5,226 nt of DNA, from the IMG/VR virus record IMGVR_UViG_2529292907_000022, one strand, 5' to 3'. The position numbers were made by a program, and so were the translations under genes. The notes below the pieces were generated by a model. The model was given only the letters and a program-made list of their open reading frames with translations. It did not search any database and was not told where the DNA came from. Origin of the DNA: a virus (Duplodnaviria > Heunggongvirae > Uroviricota > Caudoviricetes). This document shows, piece by piece, positions 1 to 5,226 of this stretch (position 1 is the first letter of the stretch; each line of letters opens with the position of its first letter).

Positions 1-249
1 ATGCGTATTGAAATCTGCATAGCCAAAGAAAAAATGACTAAAATGCCAACCGGTGCTGTGGATGCGTTAAAGGAAGAATTAACCCGACGCATCAGTAAAC
101 GTTATGACGATGTAGAGGTGATCGTAAAAGCTACCAGCAACGATGGCCTTTCTGTTACGCGCACCGCCGATAAAGATTCAGCTAAAACTTTTGTTCAGGA
201 AACTCTGAAAGATACCTGGGAGTCTGCTGACGAGTGGTTTGTTCACTAA
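1..249 (+). CDS. DinI-like protein (DinI family SOS modulator), complete 82 aa
   Basis: ATG at 1, TAA at 247-249. Translation [82 protein letters not shown] has the DinI hallmarks as I remember E. coli DinI (MRIE..IAK start, RRI, LSV, ETWESADxWFV C-terminus) and the right length (~81 aa). Promoter and any LexA box would lie upstream of the window. Confidence 0.8.
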   Translation: MRIEICIAKEKMTKMPTGAVDALKEELTRRISKRYDDVEVIVKATSNDGLSVTRTADKDSAKTFVQETLKDTWESADEWFVH

Positions 250-317
250 TTAGCACGTAAAATCTGTAACGGCTGGAAATCATTCAATACTCGCACTATC
301 GAAAGTTCACCATCCAA

Positions 318-350
318 CCGCAGCACGTTCTTGCTTAAGACGTGCTGCGG
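318..350. terminator. GC-rich stem-loop between the convergent dinI-like gene and the invertase remnant; candidate terminator or structured element
   Basis: Perfect 10-bp inverted repeat ccgcagcacg (318-327) / cgtgctgcgg (341-350) around a 13-nt loop containing the palindrome cttaag. No convincing T-tract follows on either strand, so the terminator call is weak. Confidence 0.3.
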
Positions 351-379
351 CATAATCCCAATGATTACTCCCTGACAGG

Positions 380-715
380 GTTCGTAGGCCACTCAATATC
401 AGGTGCAGTTGATGTATCAACACGGTTCAGTAACACCCGATACTTTTTCTAGGCTTCCACCACCAGCACGACAAGATGCCGCATACAGTGAACCAGTCAG
501 TCCAGTTTTCAGACAACCAGTGCGTCACCTTTTTGAAGGCGCTTTAAAGCACGTTTTAATCCAGGTCGGCCTGTCCTTGTTCCGCTTAATTTATCTTCAA
601 ATATTTGTTCATATCCTGCACAAACAAGAGCGTTTCGTTGCAGATCTGTATTCTGGTCATTTGTTGATACCCTTACATAGCCAATCAGCACGCTGAATCT
701 CCCGTCCAAAAGCAC
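380..715 (-). pseudogene. Din-family serine recombinase / DNA invertase (Gin/Pin/Cin/Hin-like), disrupted remnant
   Basis: Minus-strand ORF 509-715 encodes (M)LLDGRFSVLIGYVRVSTNDQNTDLQRNALVCAGYEQIFEDKLSGTRTGRPGLKRALKRLQKGDALVV, which matches the N-terminus of Gin/Pin-type invertases including the catalytic-serine motif YVRVSTNDQ. The likely true start is the in-frame GTG at 689-691 (VLIGYVRV = canonical MLIGYVRV), preceded by gggag. The same frame continues *KLD*LVHCMRHLVVLVVEA*KKY...: TGA at 509-511 where the conserved Trp of VVWKLDRLGRS is expected, TGA at 497-499 where Arg is expected, TAG at 449-451, and further stops. Recognisable similarity fades by about position 400. The C-terminal helix-turn-helix domain cannot fit before the dinI-like stop at 249. 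Confidence 0.8.
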
Positions 716-745
716 AAATCATGCCATGCAGGCCAGAAACCGCCA

Positions 746-771
746 TTATCTAAAACCTCGGTTTACAGGAA
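746..771. other. Left crossover site for the invertase (26-bp gix/pix/cix-like)
   Basis: ttatctaaaacctcggtttacaggaa: two imperfect inverted half-sites around a central tc (758-759). It differs by one base from the Mu gix sequence as I recall it (TTATCCAAAACCTCGGTTTACAGGAA). It is an inverted match (22/26, 12-bp core identical) to the site at 3743-3768 and lies about 30 bp upstream of the invertase start. Confidence 0.8.
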
Positions 772-1953
772 ACGGTAAATCAGGCTTCTGGCGCATTACA
801 GAAAAAACAGAACGGCGCAGATATTCCAGGAAAAGATACCTTCATCAAAAATATTGGGGCCTGCCGCGCATATAGCGCATGGCTGAATATTGGTGGCGAT
901 AGTCAGGTCTGGACAACCGCGCAATTTATTTCGTGGCTGGAGAGTCAGGGAGCATTTAACCATCCTTACTGGATGTGCAAAGGCTCATGGACTTATGCAA
1001 ATAATAAGGTCATTACAGATACAGGTTGCGGAAATATTTGTCTTGCAGGTGCTGTGGTGGAAGTTATTGGCACTCGCGGCGCAATGACCATACGCGTTAC
1101 CACGCCGAGCACGTCCAGCGGTGGCGGAATTACTAACGCTCAATTCACTTATATTAATCATGGTGATGCTTATGCTCCTGGCTGGCGACGAGACTACAAC
1201 ACGAAAAATCAACAACCTGCATTTGCTTTAGGGCAAACAGGAAGCACTGTCGGAAATGATAAAGCTGTTGGCTGGAACTGGAATAGCGGGGTCTATAACG
1301 CAAACATTGGTGGCGCATCGACATTAATCCTCCACTTCAATATGAATACGGGGAGCTGCCCTGCTGTACAGTTCCGCGTGAATTACAGGAACGGCGGTAT
1401 TTTTTATCGTTCAGCCCGTGATGGTTATGGTTTTGAAGCCGACTGGTCCGAATTTTACACCACCACCAGAAAACCTTCAGCAGGAGATGTTGGTGCACTG
1501 CCGTTATCTGGTGGTCAACTGAATGGTGCACTGGGTATCGGAACATCCAGTGCTCTTGGCGGTAATTCGATTGTATTGGGTGATAATGACACGGGCTTTA
1601 AACAAAATGGCGATGGTAATCTGGACGTTTATGCTAATAACGTCCATGTTATGCGCTTTGTTTCCGGCGGCATTCAAAGTAATAAAACCATAAATATTAC
1701 AGGGCGTGTTAACCCCTCGGATTACGGTAACTTTGATTCCCGTTATGTGAAAGATGTTCGACTTGGTTCACAGCAATATTATGGAGTGAACAACTGGCAA
1801 ACATGGAATTTCCAGTGCCCTTCAGGTCATGTATTGTCTGGTATTAATGTTCAGGATACAGGGTCTAACTCTGCCGATAATATAGCGGGCGTTTATTACA
1901 GACCCGTTCAAAAGTATATAAATGGCACCTGGTATAATGTAGCGAGCGTTTAA
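754..1953 (+). CDS. Silent alternative tail-fibre C-terminal (receptor-binding) cassette, Sv'-like; promoterless, starts inside the crossover site
   Basis: Frame 1 is open from 754 to TAA at 1951-1953 with no start codon until 973: [79 protein letters not shown]... It shares a near-identical core ([48 protein letters not shown]) and the C-terminal motif INGTWYN with the expressed fibre tip. Inversion at the central dinucleotides would fuse it in frame to the constant part: ...AAVIEYLGL + QETVNQ... Confidence 0.8.
   Translation, partial: NLGLQETVNQASGALQKKQNGADIPGKDTFIKNIGACRAYSAWLNIGGDSQVWTTAQFISWLESQGAFNHPYWMCKGSWTYANNKVITDTGCGNICLAGAVVEVIGTRGAMTIRVTTPSTSSGGGITNAQFTYINHGDAYAPGWRRDYNTKNQQPAFALGQTGSTVGNDKAVGWNWNSGVYNANIGGASTLILHFNMNTGSCPAVQFRVNYRNGGIFYRSARDGYGFEADWSEFYTTTRKPSAGDVGALPLSGGQLNGALGIGTSSALGGNSIVLGDNDTGFKQNGDGNLDVYANNVHVMRFVSGGIQSNKTINITGRVNPSDYGNFDSRYVKDVRLGSQQYYGVNNWQTWNFQCPSGHVLSGINVQDTGSNSADNIAGVYYRPVQKYINGTWYNVASV
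1360..1436 (+). repeat. Internal inverted repeat, copy A (77 bp, perfect) within the silent Sv' cassette
   Basis: cctgctgtacagttccgcgtgaattacaggaacggcggtattttttatcgttcagcccgtgatggttatggttttga is the exact reverse complement of 3327-3403. Flanking sequence stays similar with mostly synonymous differences. Confidence 0.8.
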
Positions 1954-1954
1954 T

Positions 1955-2483
1955 ATGATGCACTTAAAGAACATAAAAGCGGGTAATGCTAAAACACTGG
2001 AACAGTATGAGTTAACAAAGAAACACGGAGTTATCTGGCTTTACTCTGAGGACGGAAAAAACTGGTATGAGGAAGTGAAAAACTTTCAGCCAGACACCAT
2101 AAAGATTGTTTACGATGAAAATAATATTATTGTCGCCATCACCAGAGATGCCTCCACGCTTAATCCCGAAGGTTTTTAGCGTCGTCGAGGTTCCCGATAT
2201 AACGGCCAATCGTCGGACCGATGATTCCGGTAAGTGGATGTTTAAGGATGGAGCTGTGGTTAAACGGATTTATACGGCAGACGAACAGCAACAACAGGCC
2301 GAATCACAAAAGGCCGCATTGCTTTCCGAAGCTGAATCAGTCATCCAGCCGCTGGAACGCGCTGTCAGGTTGAATATGGCAACAGACGAGGAACGCACAC
2401 GACTGGAAGCATGGGAACGCTACAGTGTTCTGGTCAGCCGTGTGGATACGGCAAATCCTGAATGGACACAAAAGCCTGAATAA
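1955..2483 (+). pseudogene. Tail fibre assembly chaperone Tfa' (Mu U'-like), split by a +1 frameshift at a T5 run
   Basis: ATG at 1955 overlaps the Sv' stop (taATATGATG). The N-terminal frame [74 protein letters not shown] stops at TAG 2177-2179. The protein continues in the +1 frame as [32 protein letters not shown]...PEWTQKPE to TAA 2481-2483, colinear with the minus-strand paralogue ([18 protein letters not shown]). The break is at ttttt 2173-2177; T4 would restore the frame. Confidence 0.7.
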
Positions 2484-2488
2484 AAATT

Positions 2489-2508
2489 AAGGCCCGCTAT
2501 CGGGCCTT
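2489..2508. terminator. Hairpin at the centre of the invertible segment between the convergent tfa genes; likely intrinsic terminator, best on the minus strand
   Basis: aaggcccg-ctat-cgggcctt: perfect 8-bp stem, 4-nt loop. It lies 5 nt after the tfa' stop (2481-2483) and 3 nt after the tfa stop (2512-2514). On the minus strand the stem is followed by aattttta; the plus-strand tail (gtctcatt) is weaker. Confidence 0.5.
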
Positions 2509-2511
2509 GTC

Positions 2512-3044
2512 TCATTCAGGTTGTTCGGGAAATGTTACTGGCAGGCTGGAGGTGTCTGTAGATTCGACTTTCTGCGCATAGAGCATCCACCCGGTTAATT
2601 TTTGTTTATTCTCGTCGGAAATGATGCCCAGCCGTAGCTGTGAGTCCCATAGCTGGGTTTTATCCCTGACAAGTTGCAACAGGCTTTGCTTTTCATTCTC
2701 TGCCTGCTGCCTCTGTTCCTCCTCGGTATAAGTTCGCTTTATCACTGCGCCATCTTTGAACATCCATTTACCCGAAATATCAGCACGGCGATTTGCTGTA
2801 ATATCAGGTAATTCAACGACGCTTGCGCCTTCCGGATTAATTGCTGAAACATCCTTTTCAATACAAATAATAACGCCGTTATGGTCATAGGCCATTTTCA
2901 ATGTGTCTGGCCGGAAATTCTTTTGTTCCTCATACCAGTTTTTCCATCATCTGAATAAAGCCATTTGATGTTAAATTGCTTTGTTAGCTGGTATTGCTCT
3001 TTTGTTTTAGGATTGCCAGCAGTAATGTTTTTTAAGTGCATCAT
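2512..3044 (-). pseudogene. Tail fibre assembly chaperone Tfa (Mu U-like) for the expressed fibre, split by a -1 frameshift at an A5 run
   Basis: Minus-strand ATG at 3044-3042, 2 nt after the fibre stop. The N-terminal frame [35 protein letters not shown] runs into junk and a TGA at 2898-2900. The rest, (W)[50 protein letters not shown]...FPEQPE, is in another frame (ORF 2512-2901). The break is at ggaaaaactgg (plus-strand ttttt 2939-2943); the intact paralogue at 2053-2063 has ggaaaaaactgg (A6). Confidence 0.7.
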
Positions 3045-3046
3045 GA

Positions 3047-5226
3047 TTAAATACTCCCCGCGTTATACCACGTCCCATTAATGCAATACTGAATTGGCCT
3101 TGCCTGAGTTGTATCAATTAATTCATCACGGTTTCCGTTAACTGAACCCGTAACGACATAACCTGACCTGTCAGACCAGCCGGGACCATTCCATGTCCGA
3201 ACAGATGACAGACCGCCAAGGCGAATACCTGTAATAAACCTTGAGTTACATTCTGCCTGCGTGTATGCACCAACATCTCCCGCAGAGGGTTTGCGGGTCG
3301 TGGTGTAAAACTCTGACCAGTCAGCCTCAAAACCATAACCATCACGGGCTGAACGATAAAAAATACCGCCGTTCCTGTAATTCACGCGGAACTGTACAGC
3401 AGGACAACTTCCTTCTCCCATATAAAAATGAATAATTAACGTTGATGCACCACTAATAGTTGCGTTATAAGCTCCGCTACTCCAGTTCCATCCAACTGCT
3501 TTATCATTCGCAACGGTGCTTCCTGTTTTCCCTAAGGCAAACGCACCAACATGACTTGCTTTTAATGTGATATCGGAGGAACCATCAAAAGCCACATTGC
3601 TTATTTTCCTGGCAGTTTTTAATTTTGCAGCTGTAGAAGCATTGCCGGATAGTTCACCAGAAAGGCCACTGCTGAATGTTTGTCGATTAGTCCAGGTATT
3701 CGCTGTACTGAGTAACGGTATTTTCTCCCCTCTTGTGCCGAGTTCTCGTAAACCGAGGTATTCGATAACGGCAGCAACGGTCGATTTCGCAAGAATATCC
3801 CGCCCGACTTTTGTCAGGGTTGCCAGGCTGGCGACATCATTCCCCGTAAAATACGGAAACTTGCCTGCCGCAGTAGTAAGTCCGGCCAGCGCCGTCAGGG
3901 TGGCATCTTTCGGTTGCTTACCCGCAAGCGCGTTAGTCATGGTGGTCGCAAAATTCGGGTCGTTGCCCAGCGCCGCAGCCAACTCGTTCAGCGTATTCAG
4001 TGCATCAGGTGACGAATCTACAAGGGCGGCAATCGCAGCCATAACGAAAGCCGTGCTTGCGATTTGGGTATTATTCGTTCCCTGTCGCGCAGTTGGCGTT
4101 GTTGGCGTTCCGGTCAGTGCAGGACTATTTAAGGGCGCTTTCTTGTTCGTTTCACCCATTACCGCCTTAACCGCTTTTGGCGTTGCCGCCAGTGACTCGG
4201 AAGTGCTGTTGGTCGCACTGCTGAGCTGTACTATCACCTTTTTCGTCGTGCTCGCATCCTCCAGCGCCACGGCGGATGCAATATCCTCTGCCCGTTTTGC
4301 TGCTGTCTCGGCGCGCGTTGCCGCGGATTCAGCAGCAACTTTGCTCTGAGATGCAGCCGTCGCACTGCCTGCCGCCTCTGATGCTTTCGTTGTTGCTGTC
4401 GTGGCACTACCTTTCGCTGCTGACGCTTGTCTGGTCGCCTCATCTTTTGAAGCAGACGCAGATGATGCCGATGACGCCGCTGAACTGGCTGACGATGCGG
4501 CTGCCGCCTTAGAGGAAGCAGCATTGTCTGCTGAAGTCTTTGCATTTGTTTCAGAGGTTTTTGCTGCAGAAGCAGACCTCGCTGCTGCAGTGGCTTGCTC
4601 AGTGGCTTTGCCAGCCTTCGTGTGGCTGTCGAAGCGGATGATGCGGCGCTTTCTGCCGATTTTCCGGCGGCGGTGGCACTGGCTGAGGCCTGCCCCGGCA
4701 CTTGTTGACGCGGCACTGGCAGATAATGCAGCCGCTGTTTTGAACCTGCCGCAGCTGAGGCGCTCTGTCCCGCTGCTGTTTCAGAAGACTTAGCGTTCGT
4801 CTCGGACGTTTTTGCCGCCTTCGCGGAATTTCCTGCCGCCGTTGCCGAGGAAGCTGCACTACTGGCACTTGATGATGCATTCGTTTCTGAAGATTTCGCT
4901 GCCTCTTTTGAGGCCGCCGCACCCCGTGCCGAGGTGGCAGCTTCTGACGCCTTCGTGGTCGCTGTGGATGCAGAAGTGGCTGCCGATTTTTGTGATGCTG
5001 CGGCATTCGTTTCTGACGTTTTCGCGGCACTGGCGCTGGTAGCTGCCGCGCTTTTTGATGACTCTGCAGCAGCAGCACTTTTTGCTGCTTCACGGGTCTT
5101 TGTCGATGCCGTTCCTGCGCTGGAAGACGCTGACTGAGCCGACGACGCGGCCTGTCCGGCTGACGTGCTGGCTGCACGTGCTGAGCCTGCAGCATCAGTC
5201 GCATGAGTTGCCGCCTCGCTGGCTGA
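3047..5226 (-). CDS. Side tail fibre protein (lambdoid Stf-like shaft with Mu S-like invertible C-terminus); 5' end outside window; frame disrupted around 4620-4745
   Basis: Minus-strand ORF 3047-4270 ends ...[12 protein letters not shown] with stop at 3049-3047. Its frame stays open upstream and carries the Stf-like stretch [41 protein letters not shown]...[31 protein letters not shown]. From 5226 down to about 4742 a different frame carries the repeat shaft ([26 protein letters not shown] and similar). The right crossover site lies inside the coding sequence at ...[19 protein letters not shown]. Confidence 0.85.
3327..3403 (-). repeat. Internal inverted repeat, copy B (77 bp, perfect) within the expressed fibre tip
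   Basis: Reverse complement of 3327-3403 equals 1360-1436 exactly. Both copies encode the shared core ...[28 protein letters not shown]... Confidence 0.8.
3743..3768. other. Right crossover site (26 bp), inverted relative to the left site, inside the fibre coding sequence
   Basis: ttctcgtaaaccgaggtattcgataa compared with the reverse complement of the left site ttcctgtaaaccgaggttttagataa: 22/26 identical, 12-bp core gtaaaccgaggt identical. It sits at the constant/variable boundary of the fibre (VIEYLGL). Confidence 0.8.
4280..5226 (-). repeat. Ala/Ser/Thr-rich low-complexity repeat region of the fibre shaft (degenerate [12 protein letters not shown]-type repeats)
   Basis: Hand translation gives runs such as [99 protein letters not shown]-rich GCN-codon composition leaves long spurious open frames on both strands. 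Confidence 0.7.

Larger units (their letters stand above)
759..3755. other. Invertible DNA segment (~3.0 kb), G-segment-like, carrying two alternative fibre-tip plus chaperone gene pairs
   Basis: Bounded by inverted 26-bp crossover sites with centres at 758/759 and 3755/3756. Contents are arranged as Sv'-tfa' (+) convergent with tfa-Sv (-), with a Din-family invertase gene immediately outside the left site. Size and layout match the phage Mu G segment. Confidence 0.75.

Noticed and set aside
318-350. Stem-loop as a confident intrinsic terminator for the dinI-like gene
   Set aside because: There is no U-tract after the stem on either strand, so it is kept only as a low-confidence structured element.
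403-696. Plus-strand ORF of 97 aa
   Set aside because: It is antisense to the well-supported invertase N-terminus and has no recognisable protein features.
1360-1440. LexA box near ctgtacag
   Set aside because: The sequence does not fit the CTGT-N8-ACAG spacing; it is simply part of the coding inverted repeat.
985-1546. Minus-strand ORFs 985-1215 and 1337-1546, and plus-strand ORF 890-1087
   Set aside because: They overlap the strongly supported Sv' cassette frame, out of frame or antisense. The 1337-1546 product resembles that of 3241-3435 only because both are antisense to the 77-bp inverted repeat.
2012-2209. Minus-strand ORF of 65 aa inside tfa'
   Set aside because: Antisense to the tfa' coding sequence, with no support.
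3118-3435. ORFs 3118-3345 (-) and 3241-3435 (+) inside the expressed fibre tip
   Set aside because: Out-of-frame or antisense overlaps of the fibre tip coding sequence.
746-3768. Inverted 26-bp repeats as terminal inverted repeats of an IS element or transposon
   Set aside because: There is no transposase; the repeats match Din-family crossover sites, lie at the constant/variable boundary of a fibre gene, and are paired with a serine invertase, so an invertible segment is the better explanation.
4234-5204. Long minus-strand ORFs 4234-4716 and 4599-5204 with Q/R/P/K-rich products, and plus-strand ORFs 3567-4349, 4276-4512, 4401-4793, 4812-5042, 4934-5137
   Set aside because: These are alternative-frame or antisense readings of the GC-rich Ala/Ser/Thr repeat region; stop-free frames are expected from composition. 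Only short parts of the 4234-4716 frame (about 4627-4695) look like the real fibre frame and are treated under the frameshift finding.
4280-5226. Repeat region as a CRISPR array or a diversity-generating retroelement target
   Set aside because: The repeats are degenerate and in-frame coding, with no regular repeat-spacer periodicity, and no cas or reverse transcriptase gene is present in the window.

Overview
This window reads as a prophage tail-fibre host-range switch of the Mu G-segment / P1 C-segment / e14 P-segment type, attached to a lambdoid Stf-like side tail fibre. Everything here is hand translation and hand alignment; family assignments rest on remembered protein sequences, not a database search. 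Left to right: a complete dinI-like gene (1-249, +); a degenerate Din-family serine invertase on the minus strand (380-715) with an intact catalytic N-terminus followed by in-frame stops; a ~3.0-kb invertible segment bounded by inverted 26-bp gix/pix-like crossover sites (746-771 and 3743-3768). The segment carries a silent, promoterless alternative fibre-tip cassette (754-1953, +) with its own chaperone gene tfa' (1955-2483, +), convergent on the currently expressed chaperone tfa (2512-3044, -) and the expressed fibre tip. The fibre gene itself (3047 to beyond 5226, -) runs off the window through an Ala/Ser/Thr-rich repeat shaft. The notable point is that the switch looks disabled or decaying: the invertase has at least three in-frame stops and no room for its DNA-binding domain, both chaperone genes are frameshifted at homopolymer runs, and the fibre shaft changes frame three times within about 120 bp. 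Sequencing error is a live alternative for the indels but not for the invertase substitutions. A 77-bp perfect inverted repeat sits inside the segment within the two alternative fibre tips. No tRNA, rRNA, CRISPR array or IS element was recognised.
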